64,000 nt of DNA from Collinsella sp. (lineage in GTDB: Bacteria; Actinomycetota; Coriobacteriia; Coriobacteriales; Coriobacteriaceae), in the NCBI GenBank assembly GCA_019419455.1, contig DXZW01000018.1, forward strand, positions 17,676-81,675, in the 5' to 3' direction. This document shows, piece by piece, positions 9,717 to 19,461 of this stretch. Under the pieces are notes generated by a model that worked only from the letters and a program-made list of their open reading frames with translations, did not search any database and was not told where the DNA came from. Position 1 is the stretch's first letter; each line of letters begins with the position of its first letter. The translations under genes and the position numbers were made by a program.

Positions 9717-10989
9717 GAATGCCCACGTCGTCGACCCGTCCGTCGAGCTTGACGGTGTCGTTGACGTCCTGATTGACGGCGACAAGATCGCCGAGGTCGG
9801 CGAGAATCTCGCCGTCGAGGGAGCCGAGGTCCGCGACTTTTCCGGCAAGTACCTCGTCCCCGGCCTGGTGGATATGCACGTTCACCTTCGCGAGCCCGGC
9901 TACGAGGTCAAAGAGGACATCGAGAGCGGCACCCGCGCAGCTGCAAAGGGCGGCTTTACCGGCGTGTGCTCCATGCCCAACACCGATCCCGTTACCGATA
10001 ACGGTACCGTCGTGGAGTTCGTCAAGTCCCGTGCTGCCGAGGTCGGTCACTGCCGCGTCTATCCGTCGGGCGCTATGACCCGCGGTCTTAAGGGCGAGGC
10101 CATGTCCGAGATGGGCGATATGGTCGCCCACGGCGCCGTCGCCTTCACCGACGATGGTCGCGGCGTGCAGGGCGCGGGCATGCTCCGTCGCTGCATGGAC
10201 TACGGCAAGATGTTCGGCAAGGTCTTTATGAGCCACTGCCAGGACGAGGATCTGGTCGGCCATGGCCAGATCAACGAGGGCAAGGTCTCGACCCGTCTGG
10301 CCCTCGAGGGCTGGCCGGCCGCCGGCGAGGAGCTTCAGATCGCCCGCGACATCGAGATCGCCAAGCTGACCGGTGCCAAGCTGCACATCCAGCACATCTC
10401 CACCGCTCACGGTCTCGAGCTCGTGCGTGCCGGTAAGGCCGCCGGTGTCCAGGTGACCTGCGAGGCCACCCCGCACCACATGTTCCTGACCGAGAACGAC
10501 CTGGACGAGACCTACAACACCTCGCTCAAGGTCAATCCGCCGCTGCGCACCGACGAGGACGCCGAGGCCATTCGTCAGGGTGTCATCGACGGTACCGTCG
10601 ACGCTATCGTCACCGATCACGCTCCCCACACCCCGTGGGAGAAGGCCCGCGAGTTCGAGCTTGCGCCCTTTGGCATGATCGGCCTCGAGACCTCCCTGTC
10701 GCTCGTACTCACCGAGCTGGTCAACACGGGCAAGATGAGCGTGGGCCGCATGGTCGAGCTCATGGCCATCAAGCCGCGTGAGATCCTGGGCCTCGACCAG
10801 GTTCAGGTCAAGGCGGGCTCCGTTGCCGACCTGACCGTGTTCGACCCCTCTGCCACCTGGACGGTCGGCGAGGACGGTTATGAGTCGCGCGCCGAGAACT
10901 CCGGTTTTGCCGGCCGCACGCTTACCGGTCGCGCTACCGATGTGTTTGTCGGCGGTAAGCAGACGCTCGCCGACGGCTGCATCTGCTAG
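9700..10989 (+). CDS. pyrC: Dihydroorotase
   Basis: It has the metal-binding motif DMHVHLREPG and ..VTDHAPH. GGAGG precedes the ATG at 9700. Confidence 0.9.
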
Positions 10990-11009
10990 CATAGCCTTAT
11001 CGCTTTTGT

Positions 11010-11048
11010 GCGCGGTGCCCTTGCGGTGCCGCGCTTTCTGTTCGTTTT
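11010..11048 (+). terminator. Internal terminator/attenuator-like hairpin between pyrC and pyrK
   Basis: The stem GCGCGG..CCGCGC is followed by the T-rich run TTTCTGTTCGTTTT. This is weak. Confidence 0.4.
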
Positions 11049-11081
11049 GACCATGCAACCGCATGGGGGATTGGAGCGTCT

Positions 11082-11873
11082 ATGCCCACACCTTCCACTG
11101 CACGCATGCACGACTTCGAGGTCGTCTCGAACCGGGAGATCGCCGATGGCATCTTCTCGCTCGTCATCTCGGCCCCCAAGCTTGCAAGTGCGCTCAAGCC
11201 CGGCCAGTTTGTGAACATTGCCGTGCCCGGCGATGCGTCCTCGCTGCTTCGCGTGCCCTTGAGCTTCTATCGCGCCGACGCCCAGGCCGGCACCGTCGAG
11301 CTGTGGTACGCCGTCGTGGGTGACGATACTCGTCGTCTGTCGCAGATGGCCCCCGGTTCCACCTCTAACCTGCTGGGCCCCGGTGGCCGTGGCTGGATGG
11401 TACCCGAGGGCACCAGGAAGGCCCTGCTCGTCGCCGGTGGCATCGGCGTTCCGCCTGTGCTGTGCCTTGCCGGCATGCTTGCCGAGCAGAGTGTTGATGT
11501 GGACGTGTGCCTGGGCTTTGGCACCGCTTCCAAGGCCGTGGGCATCGACGAGTTCCGCGCGCTGGGCGCCACGGTTAACGTGTGCACCGACGATGGCACG
11601 CTGGGCACGCACGGTTTTTGCACCGACCCGGCAGCCGAGCTGCTCGGCGAGGGCGGCTACGACTACGTCGCCAGCTGCGGTCCCGCCGTCATGATGAAGA
11701 AAGTCGCCGCCGCTGCCGCCGAGGCCGGTGCGTACTGCGAGGTGTCGCTCGAGCGCATGATGAGCTGTGGCTTTGGCGCCTGCAACACCTGCAATGTCGA
11801 GACGGTCGACGGTATGAAGGGTGCTTGCATGTGCGGCCCCGTGTTCGATGCTTCCAAGGTGGTGGTCTTCTAG
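11082..11873 (+). CDS. pyrK: Dihydroorotate dehydrogenase electron-transfer subunit
   Basis: 263 aa with an FAD/NAD-binding fold. The C-terminal 2Fe-2S Cys cluster is CGFGACNTC..C.C. Confidence 0.85.
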   Translation: MPTPSTARMHDFEVVSNREIADGIFSLVISAPKLASALKPGQFVNIAVPGDASSLLRVPLSFYRADAQAGTVELWYAVVGDDTRRLSQMAPGSTSNLLGPGGRGWMVPEGTRKALLVAGGIGVPPVLCLAGMLAEQSVDVDVCLGFGTASKAVGIDEFRALGATVNVCTDDGTLGTHGFCTDPAAELLGEGGYDYVASCGPAVMMKKVAAAAAEAGAYCEVSLERMMSCGFGACNTCNVETVDGMKGACMCGPVFDASKVVVF

Positions 11874-11887
11874 TGGGTACCGTGAAC

Positions 11888-12796
11888 ATGGCCGTCGATT
11901 TCGGCGGCGTCAAGATGCAAAACCCCATCAACACCGCAGCCGGTACCTTTGGCTACGGCTGGCAGTTCCAGAACTTCTTTGATGTTTCCCAACTGGGCGC
12001 CATCACCACCAAGGGTTGCGCAGCCGAGCCCTGGCCCGGTAACCCCGCGCCCCGCATGGCCGAGATCCCCGGCGGTATGATCAACTCCGTGGGCCTTCAG
12101 AACCCCGGCGTGGCCGCCTTTGCTCGCGAGTCCGGTCCGTGGCTCGAACAGCTGTCCAAGGACGGCTGCCAGGTCATCTGTCAGGTTGCCGGCCACTCCG
12201 TTGACGAGTTTGTGCGCGCGCTCGAGATGTATGTCGAGCTATGCCCCTGGGCTGCCGGCTACGAGATCAACGTGAGCTGCCCCAACATCGCCGCCGGCGG
12301 TGCCGCCATGGGCTCTACGCCCGAGGGCGCCTCTTCCGTTATGGCTGCCTGCCGCAAGGTGACCGATAAGCCGCTGTTCGTGAAGATGGCGCCGGTCAAC
12401 GTCGCCGAGATCGCCAAGGCCCTCGAAGCCGCCGGCGCCGACGGCCTTTCGGTCATTAACTCCATCCAGGGCATGGCCATCGACGTCCATACCCGCAAGT
12501 CCCGCGTGGCAAAGCCCAAGGGCGGCCTTTCGGGCCCGCTGTGCCACCACATCGCCGTGCGCATGGTCTGGGAGGTCGCCCAGGCCGTCGATATCCCCAT
12601 CAACGGTGTCGGCGGTGTCATGACCGGCGAGGATGCGGCCGAGTTTATCCTGGCCGGTGCCACCTGCGTGTCGGTTGGCATGGCCAACTTCGTCGATCCG
12701 TGCGCTTCGCTCAAGATCGCGCACGAGCTCGAGGCCTGGGCGGAGTCCCAGGGCGTAAAGGACATCAACGAGCTGGTAGGTGCTTTCGAATGCTAG
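11888..12796 (+). CDS. pyrD: Dihydroorotate dehydrogenase B catalytic subunit
   Basis: The DHOD class 1B region begins at MAVDFGGVKMQNPINTAAGTFGYG. The upstream part of ORF 11582.. overlaps pyrK and was rejected. An alternative GTG start at 11873 is possible. Confidence 0.9.
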   Translation: MAVDFGGVKMQNPINTAAGTFGYGWQFQNFFDVSQLGAITTKGCAAEPWPGNPAPRMAEIPGGMINSVGLQNPGVAAFARESGPWLEQLSKDGCQVICQVAGHSVDEFVRALEMYVELCPWAAGYEINVSCPNIAAGGAAMGSTPEGASSVMAACRKVTDKPLFVKMAPVNVAEIAKALEAAGADGLSVINSIQGMAIDVHTRKSRVAKPKGGLSGPLCHHIAVRMVWEVAQAVDIPINGVGGVMTGEDAAEFILAGATCVSVGMANFVDPCASLKIAHELEAWAESQGVKDINELVGAFEC

Positions 12797-13506
12797 AGAC
12801 CGATGCCCGCGACCGTGTGATCGTCGCCCTCGACTGCGACCGTGAGCGCGCACTCGAGCTCGCCCACGAGCTTTCGGGCCATGCCGCCTGGCTTAAGGTT
12901 GGTATGACGCTCTATTACGCTGAGGGCCCCGAGATCGTCAAGACCTTTAAGGACCTGGGCTTTAAGGTCTTCCTTGACCTTAAGTTCCATGATATTCCGC
13001 ATCAGGTTCGCGGTGCCGCCCGTTCGGCCTCGCTTGCCGGTGCCGACCTGCTCTCGGTTCACGGCTTGGGTTCGGGCGCCATGCTCGCTGCCTGCCGCGA
13101 GGGTGCCGAGGAGGCGCGCGAGGACCGCGCCAAGCTCGTCGCCATCACCGTGCTCACGAGCATGAATCAGGATGCCTTGAGCGAGATCGGCGTCGAGTCG
13201 CCCGTGGCCGAGGAGGCCGCCCGCCTGGCAAAGCTCGCTCAGGCCAACGGCATCGATGGCATTGTGTGCTCGCCGATGGAGGCTCACGACATGCGTGAGC
13301 TGCTGGGCCCTGATGCCCTGATCGTGACTCCGGGTGTGCGTCCGGTGGGTGCCGCCCTTGGTGATCAGTCCCGCGTGGCGACGCCTTCCCAGGCTATCGA
13401 GCGTGGCGCAAGCCACATTGTGGTGGGCCGTCCCATCACCGGTGCCGACGATCCGGTTGCCGCCTTTGACGCCATCGTCGCTGAGCTGGTCGAAAACGTC
13501 GCGTAA
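12790..13506 (+). CDS. pyrF: Orotidine 5'-phosphate decarboxylase
   Basis: MLETDARDRVIVALDC..FLDLKFHDIP is the OMPdecase signature. The ATG overlaps the pyrD stop. Confidence 0.9.
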   Translation: MLETDARDRVIVALDCDRERALELAHELSGHAAWLKVGMTLYYAEGPEIVKTFKDLGFKVFLDLKFHDIPHQVRGAARSASLAGADLLSVHGLGSGAMLAACREGAEEAREDRAKLVAITVLTSMNQDALSEIGVESPVAEEAARLAKLAQANGIDGIVCSPMEAHDMRELLGPDALIVTPGVRPVGAALGDQSRVATPSQAIERGASHIVVGRPITGADDPVAAFDAIVAELVENVA

Positions 13507-13551
13507 AAGATTCCCCTAAGTCACCACTTTTGGGTCTCATTAGCACAAAAT

Positions 13552-13609
13552 AGCCCCTGTGCCTGCGTAAACTTTCCCATCCTTTGTGTGGAATCGCAGG
13601 TCAGGGGCT
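13552..13609 (+). terminator. Long-loop hairpin downstream of pyrF
   Basis: AGCCCCTG(TG)CCTGCG / CGCAGG(T)CAGGGGCT forms 8+6 bp around a 27-nt loop, followed by TAACTTT. Confidence 0.45.
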
Positions 13610-13745
13610 TAACTTTGGGCGCAGTATATTGCACTTTTTGCGGGTATCGTCTAACCTATGGAGCCGCGATTGGGCATTTTGTACGTTCTACGTGCTAAAA
13701 TGCCAATTATTGAATCAGATATAACCCAACTATTTGGAGGTACGA

Positions 13746-14054
13746 ATGGCACTCCCTCAGCTTACCGATGAGCAGCGTAAGCAGGCTCTTGAGAAGGCTG
13801 CTGCCGCACGTCACGCCCGCGCTGAGCTTCGCGAGCAGATCAAGAAGGGCGAGAAGTCCCTCGAGTCCGTGCTCAACTCCGATGACCCCATCGCTTCCCG
13901 CATGAAGGTTTCCACCCTCATCGAGTCTCTTCCTGGTTATGGCAAGGCCAAGGCCGCCAAGATCATGGAGGAGCTCGGTATCTCCGCTACCCGTCGCGTC
14001 CAGGGCCTCGGCGTCCGTCAGCGCGAGCAGCTCCTCGAGCAGCTGACCAAATAA
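13746..14054 (+). CDS. mihF: Actinobacterial integration host factor (mIHF)
   Basis: MALPQLTDEQRKQALEKAAAAR..LPGYGKAKA is typical of mIHF. GGAGG precedes the ATG at 13746, and the gene lies upstream of gmk as in other actinobacteria. Confidence 0.8.
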   Translation: MALPQLTDEQRKQALEKAAAARHARAELREQIKKGEKSLESVLNSDDPIASRMKVSTLIESLPGYGKAKAAKIMEELGISATRRVQGLGVRQREQLLEQLTK

Positions 14055-14624
14055 GTGAGCGCTCAGGATTCCAAGCTCTTTGTGATTTCTGGACCGTCAG
14101 GCGCAGGCAAGGGTACGCTCGTCACTCGTGTGCGCGAGCGCCGCTCGAACCTGGGCCTGACGGTTTCGGCTACCACGCGAGCACCACGCAAAGGTGAGGT
14201 CGACGGCGTCAACTACTTTTTTCTGACGCGCGAGGAGTTCGACCGCCGCGTGGCAAACGGCGAGTTTGTTGAGTGGGCCGAGGTCCACGGTAACTGCTAC
14301 GGGACGTTGGTGAGCGAGGTCACATCCAAGCTCGCCTCGGGCGCGTCTCTGATTTTGGAGATCGATGTCCAGGGCGCCCTGCAGGTGAAGGAGCGTTTCC
14401 CCGAGGCCGTGCTGATCTTTATCAAGCCGCCTTCGCTTGAGGTGCTCCGCGAGCGTCTAGTCGGTCGCGGTACCGAGACGCCCGAGACGATTGAGCTGCG
14501 TATGGCAAACGCCGCCGATGAGCTTGCCCTTGCCGACCGCTACGACGACGTCGTGGTTAATGACGATCTCGACCGCGCGACCGATGAGCTCGTTCGCGTT
14601 CTCGATATGCATGAAAGGATCTGA
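14055..14624 (+). CDS. gmk: Guanylate kinase
   Basis: It has the P-loop GPSGAGKGT and the TTRAPRKGEVDGVNYFF motif. Confidence 0.9.
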   Translation: MSAQDSKLFVISGPSGAGKGTLVTRVRERRSNLGLTVSATTRAPRKGEVDGVNYFFLTREEFDRRVANGEFVEWAEVHGNCYGTLVSEVTSKLASGASLILEIDVQGALQVKERFPEAVLIFIKPPSLEVLRERLVGRGTETPETIELRMANAADELALADRYDDVVVNDDLDRATDELVRVLDMHERI

Positions 14625-14629
14625 GGTCC

Positions 14630-14911
14630 GTGTCCGTTGTAAAGCCTTGCATTGACGATCTTCTGGAGAAGACCGATCACAACCGCTTCCTGCTCGCTTC
14701 GCTTGCCTCCAAGCGCGCCTGCGACATCAATAGCATGCTGCGTGGCCAGCACAACCGCGTGCTTGCCGTCCAGGATGTCGATGACATCACCATCGGGCTT
14801 TCCGGTGCCGATACCATCTCGATGGCTATGGATGAGATTGTCGACGGCGACATCTCTTACGACGAGGCCCGTTACGAGAAGGCGCTCGGCCACAAGGTTG
14901 CTGAAGCCTAA
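14630..14911 (+). CDS. rpoZ: DNA-directed RNA polymerase subunit omega
   Basis: 93 aa. The motif NRF.L...ASKRA fits RpoZ, as does the conserved gmk-rpoZ synteny. Confidence 0.85.
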   Translation: MSVVKPCIDDLLEKTDHNRFLLASLASKRACDINSMLRGQHNRVLAVQDVDDITIGLSGADTISMAMDEIVDGDISYDEARYEKALGHKVAEA

Positions 14912-16156
14912 ATGGCGGCTCGCGTCTGCCTGGTCCACTATCACGAGGTTGGACTTAAGGGTAAGAACCGCGCACATTTTGAGCATATCCTCATGGATAA
15001 CATCAAGGCGGCCTTGGCCGCCTTTTCCGTGAATGCCGTGTCTCGAATTTCCGGTTATATCCTCGTGACCTTTAACGAGCATCAGGCCGACGAGGCGGCG
15101 CGTGTCATTCGCACCGTTCCCGGCGTTGCTCGTGTGTCTTTGGCGTATCACACCAATCGCGACCCTCAGGAGTACTGTGCTGCCGCCGTGAAGGCGCTGC
15201 GTGAGTTTGGTTCCTTCGATTCGTTTAAGGTGCACGCCAAGCGCTCCAATACCGACTATGAGCTCACCTCGATTGACATCAATCGTCAGGTGGGCGAGGT
15301 GTTGTGCGAGGCGTTTCCTGATAAAAAGGTTCAGATGCACGATCCTGACGCTATGGTGAACGTACTGGTGGTCCAGGGTAGCGTCTACGTGTATGCGCGC
15401 TCCGAGCGCGGCGTGGGCGGTCTGCCGGTGGGTTCTGCTGGCAAGGTCGTGACGCTGCTGTCGTCGGGTATCGATTCTCCGGTGGCGACCTGGATGCTCG
15501 CGCGTCGCGGCGCGGTGTGCGTGCCGGTACATTTCTCTGGTCGTCCGCAGACGCCCGATACGAGCGAGTATTTGGTGCAGGACATCATCCGTGCGCTGGA
15601 GCCGGGTGTCCAGATCGGCCGCCTGTACGTGGTGCCGTTTGGCGACTGCCAGCGTGAGATTTCGGTCACCTGTCCCAGCAACCTGCGCGTGATCATGTAT
15701 CGCCGCATTATGTATTCGGTTGCCGAGCGCATTGCACACATCGAGGGCGCCAAGGCCATCGTGACGGGCGAATCGCTTGGACAGGTTGCCTCCCAAACGC
15801 TTGAGAATATCATGGCCGTTAACGAGGCCGTGAAGATCCCCGTGTTCCGTCCGCTCATCGGTTCGGACAAGCAGGAGATCATCGCGCGCGCCGAGGAGAT
15901 TGGTACGTTCGATATCTCGACTGAGGCCGCTCCCGACTGCTGCACGCTGTTTATGCCGCGTCGTCCCGAGACGCACGCTAAACTCGATGCCGTGCATGAG
16001 GCCTGGGAGTTGTTCGATCACGAGGAGATGATCGAGCGCCTACTCAAGCAGACCGAGTACATCGACTTCGAAAGCAACACGTATAAGGCCCCTAAGACCT
16101 TAAAGCGCAAACATTCGGAGCTTGCTCCGCGTGAGATTTACCAAGATCACGAGTAA
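14912..16156 (+). CDS. thiI: tRNA 4-thiouridine synthase ThiI
   Basis: 414 aa with a THUMP-like N-terminus and the PP-loop SSGIDSPVA. Confidence 0.85.
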   Translation: MAARVCLVHYHEVGLKGKNRAHFEHILMDNIKAALAAFSVNAVSRISGYILVTFNEHQADEAARVIRTVPGVARVSLAYHTNRDPQEYCAAAVKALREFGSFDSFKVHAKRSNTDYELTSIDINRQVGEVLCEAFPDKKVQMHDPDAMVNVLVVQGSVYVYARSERGVGGLPVGSAGKVVTLLSSGIDSPVATWMLARRGAVCVPVHFSGRPQTPDTSEYLVQDIIRALEPGVQIGRLYVVPFGDCQREISVTCPSNLRVIMYRRIMYSVAERIAHIEGAKAIVTGESLGQVASQTLENIMAVNEAVKIPVFRPLIGSDKQEIIARAEEIGTFDISTEAAPDCCTLFMPRRPETHAKLDAVHEAWELFDHEEMIERLLKQTEYIDFESNTYKAPKTLKRKHSELAPREIYQDHE

Positions 16157-16166
16157 ATTTGTGCAT

Positions 16167-16200
16167 AGACCGACGATGCGCTTGCATCGTCGGTCTTTTG
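16167..16200 (+). terminator. Rho-independent terminator after thiI
   Basis: AGACCGACGATGC-gctt-GCATCGTCGGTCT followed by TTTG; a perfect 13-bp stem. Confidence 0.8.
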
Positions 16201-16369
16201 CTATCTGGGCATTTTGCGGCTAAGTGTTCATTTGCTGACGTGTGCCTGAATAAATGGACAGATTTGTGCAAGGTTTTGGTCAGCTTTTGGTTTGACCGCG
16301 AAAACCGGTTTTGAAGCATGGCTGTTGCAGGGCTCTTTTCCTGACACGATGTTGTTGGGAGGTTTTGCT

Positions 16370-17083
16370 ATGGCGCAGCGCGAACAACACGAACGGGTCA
16401 AAAAGATGGACCGCTGGGCGGGCAAGCTGCTCGGTCATAAGGCTGTGGTGGTGGCGATGCTGGGCGTCATTGCGATGGCGAGCGGCTTGGCGATGGCGAA
16501 CCTTGGCGGCGGTGCCGGCGGTGTGTCGTTTGAGCGCACTGATGGTACGGGCTCGTTAGTGGAGCCGGGATCCGGCGATGCTTCGAGCGGAAAGACATCC
16601 GAAGGCTCTTCGACTAAGGCTTCTGCCGTGGCAGAGGTCTATGTCGATGTCGATGGCGCCGTTGTGTCGCCCGGTGTATATCGTCTCCAGGACGGCGCGC
16701 GGGTGGCTCAGGCGATAGATGCCGCCGGCGGGCTGGCGCCCGAGGCAGACGTTACGGGGCTCAATCGGGCATCTAAGGTCGTCGATGGGCAGAAGATTCA
16801 CGTTCCAACGGTGGGGGAGCAGCAGGCGTCCATTGCGGAAGCCGGTGTTGATGGTGGGGCTTCCGCATCATTGGGCGTGAGTGGCGCAACGGGCCTAGTC
16901 AACATCAATACGGCAAGCGCGGCAGAGCTGCAGACGCTCTCGGGCATCGGCCCCTCCATGGCCCAGTCGATTATCGATGAGCGTACAAAGAACGGTGCTT
17001 TTGCCTCGGTTGACGATCTGATGCGTGTGTCGGGAATCGGCGAGAAGAAGCTTGCCAAAATTAAAGATTGCATCTGCGTATGA
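16370..17083 (+). CDS. comEA: ComEA family DNA-binding competence protein
   Basis: It has an N-terminal TM segment, an SLBB-like region, and a C-terminal helix-hairpin-helix pair (INTASAAELQTLSGIGPSMA..VSGIGEKKLAKI). GGGAGG precedes the ATG at 16370. Confidence 0.8.
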   Translation: MAQREQHERVKKMDRWAGKLLGHKAVVVAMLGVIAMASGLAMANLGGGAGGVSFERTDGTGSLVEPGSGDASSGKTSEGSSTKASAVAEVYVDVDGAVVSPGVYRLQDGARVAQAIDAAGGLAPEADVTGLNRASKVVDGQKIHVPTVGEQQASIAEAGVDGGASASLGVSGATGLVNINTASAAELQTLSGIGPSMAQSIIDERTKNGAFASVDDLMRVSGIGEKKLAKIKDCICV

Positions 17084-19383
17084 GTGCGACAGAGCGCGAG
17101 CATGTGATGCCTCCGCGGCCCTTGATGCCGTGGACGATGGCTCTGTGTGCCGGCGTGTGCATGAGCTGCGCCTTGGTGCTCAACGTGGCCGCTGATGCGC
17201 TGCTGAGGGAGCAGGCGCCGGCGGTCGGGCTGCTATGGGCCATTCCCGTTGCGGCGGCGGTATTCGTTGTGCTGGCTCAATTTTGTGCACCGCTTGCTCC
17301 TTGGAAGCGGTGGCTGTATGCCGCGTCCGTTGGTCTCGTGGCGGGAGCGGTCGTCTCGGCGTGGTGGGCTGCGGGCACGCTCAACGCCTCGAAGGCGCTC
17401 GACGGTCGAGCGGCAAGCGGCCTCGAGTTTGTCGTGCAGGGCGATCCATCCATAAACGACGACGTGTATTCCTATACCTGCGAGGCACGTGCGGACGGTA
17501 AGAACTTGGCAACGGTTCGCCTATCGTGCGACCTCGAGCTCAAGGTCGGGGCGCACGCGCGTGTTATCGGTCGCGTTTCACGTTTTGAGAACGATGCATA
17601 TGGAAGATCGCGCGTGCTCCGAGGCGAGGTGCGCAAGGTTCAAGCCGTTCGGATTGTGTCGGTCGATGAGGGCTTTCCGGGGCCGCTGCTTCGACTGCGA
17701 AATGGGCTGCTTGCGTCCATCGCGCCTGCGACCGACCCGGCGCGTGCGCTCATAGCCGGTGTCGTCTGTGGTCGTTCGGCCGAGCTGCGCGCCCAACCGG
17801 CGGGCGACTGGTTTTCGGTGACGGGAACGGCGCATCTTATCGCCGTCTCGGGCAGCCATTTGGCTATCGTGGGGTTTGTAATCGAGGGTGTATTGCAAAA
17901 GACTCGGTGTTCGCGTGGTCTTCAGCGGGCGATATTGGCGATAACGCTTGTGGGCTACGCTGCCTTTACGGGCGCGTCTCCCTCGGCCGTGCGCGCATGC
18001 TGCATGGTGTTCGCGACGCTTGTCGTAAACGGCGCGGGGCGTCGCCGGCACGGCGCATCGGCTCTCTTCGTAACCATGTCCATCTTTGTGCTACTGCGGC
18101 CGAAGGTGCTGTTCGAGATGGGCTTTCAGCTTTCATGTGCCAGCGTTTTAGCCATTCTGTGCTTTTGCCCCTATGCGACCTACGCTTTGGGTGAGCTGGG
18201 CGTGCCATCGGGCGTCGCCAGCATGCTTTCCGTCACGCTGTGCTCGCAACTGGCGACTCTTCCCATTACCATTCCCGCCTTCGGTACGTTCTCGCTCATT
18301 GCTCCGCTGGCAAATGCAGTCATCGGTCCGGTGGTGAGCGTACTGCTTGCTGTGTCGATCGTGCTTGTTCCCTTTTCGCTCGTGGCGCCGTTGCGGACTT
18401 GGGCGCTCGTTGTGCCCATGCTTGCCGCCCGTTGCGCGCTGTTCTTTGAGCAGCTCTTTGCTGCCGTTCCGGGCGCATCCGTGAGTGTGTCGCCCGATAG
18501 CGTGTGGATTTACCTGGTGCCGTGTTTGCTGGCGGTTCTGCTGGTCTGGTGGCCGCGTCCCCGTGCACGTCCTATGGCGGTGGGGCTTGCATGCCTGGTG
18601 CTCTTGGCTGCTATTCCGTATGTCTACTGGGATCGATTCGCTCCGCCTTCGGTGACGGTGCTCGATGTGGGCCAAGCCGATGCGATTCTTATCCGCCAGG
18701 GCGGCGTAGTAGCGCTCGTCGACTGCGGGCTCGACGAGCGCGTGGTAGCGGCGTTGGTTCGCAATAACGTGCACCATATCGATGCCGTCTTTGTGACGCA
18801 TTGGGATGAGGACCACTGGGGTGGTCTGCCTGCCATGCTCGAACAGTTTTCGGTCGGAACGATTGCTGTGGCGGCGGATGCGCTTGAGGATGCTCCTGCT
18901 GAGGTATTGAACCGACCTGGCGTGGAGTATCGGCAGGTGCGCCGTGGGGATACGGTCGACATCGGCTCATTTTGCGGCCGCGTGATGTGGCCATTCAAGT
19001 CCGTGGATGGCGAGGGAAATGAGGACTCGCTTGTCCTGCTGCTCTCTTATGTTCAGGAAGGCAAGGGCCTGCGTATGCTCCTCACCGGTGATGCCGAGCT
19101 CGATCAAGAACGGGAATTCGTGCAGGAGGTGGGGGATATCGATGTACTTAAACTTGGGCATCACGGCTCTAAGGTTTCAGTCGATGGTGAGTTGCTGGAC
19201 GTCCTGAAGCCCGAGCTTTCCCTTGCGAGTGCGGGCGAGGGGAATCGATACGGCCATCCGTCCGATGCCTGCATCGATGCCGTTAAGGAAACGGGTGGTG
19301 TGTTCGCGTGCACTATCGAACACGGCGACATTACCGTCACGCCGACTGCGAATGGCTTTGCGATGCGATGCCAGCGACCGTGA
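17080..19383 (+). CDS. comEC: ComEC/Rec2 DNA internalisation protein with metallo-beta-lactamase domain
   Basis: It has a polytopic membrane core plus a C-terminal MBL fold (VLDVGQADAILI..HWDEDHWGG..GHHGS). The ATGA start overlaps the comEA stop. Confidence 0.85.
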   Translation: MSATEREHVMPPRPLMPWTMALCAGVCMSCALVLNVAADALLREQAPAVGLLWAIPVAAAVFVVLAQFCAPLAPWKRWLYAASVGLVAGAVVSAWWAAGTLNASKALDGRAASGLEFVVQGDPSINDDVYSYTCEARADGKNLATVRLSCDLELKVGAHARVIGRVSRFENDAYGRSRVLRGEVRKVQAVRIVSVDEGFPGPLLRLRNGLLASIAPATDPARALIAGVVCGRSAELRAQPAGDWFSVTGTAHLIAVSGSHLAIVGFVIEGVLQKTRCSRGLQRAILAITLVGYAAFTGASPSAVRACCMVFATLVVNGAGRRRHGASALFVTMSIFVLLRPKVLFEMGFQLSCASVLAILCFCPYATYALGELGVPSGVASMLSVTLCSQLATLPITIPAFGTFSLIAPLANAVIGPVVSVLLAVSIVLVPFSLVAPLRTWALVVPMLAARCALFFEQLFAAVPGASVSVSPDSVWIYLVPCLLAVLLVWWPRPRARPMAVGLACLVLLAAIPYVYWDRFAPPSVTVLDVGQADAILIRQGGVVALVDCGLDERVVAALVRNNVHHIDAVFVTHWDEDHWGGLPAMLEQFSVGTIAVAADALEDAPAEVLNRPGVEYRQVRRGDTVDIGSFCGRVMWPFKSVDGEGNEDSLVLLLSYVQEGKGLRMLLTGDAELDQEREFVQEVGDIDVLKLGHHGSKVSVDGELLDVLKPELSLASAGEGNRYGHPSDACIDAVKETGGVFACTIEHGDITVTPTANGFAMRCQRP

Positions 19384-19461
19384 TGACATCGTTGGCGCGC
19401 GGCTGGCCCCTGGGCTAAAATGGCACGGTACGAATTCGAGAGCCTGCGGGAGGGGAGCGCA

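Noticed and set aside
13538-13560. TTAGCAC.. sequence considered as a CIRCE heat-shock operator; CIRCE/HAIR was also sought upstream of the two dnaJ genes.
   Set aside because: There is no matching inverted half-site (GAGTGCTAA) at N9 spacing, the location is unrelated to chaperone genes, and no CIRCE-like palindrome was seen at 25016-25073 or 26178-26258.
13552-13609. Considered the long-loop hairpin after pyrF as a possible third member of the nested-palindrome family (its loop ends in ..GTGGAAT).
   Set aside because: The similarity is limited to a few bases and the stem is imperfect and short. It is adequately explained as the pyrF terminator.
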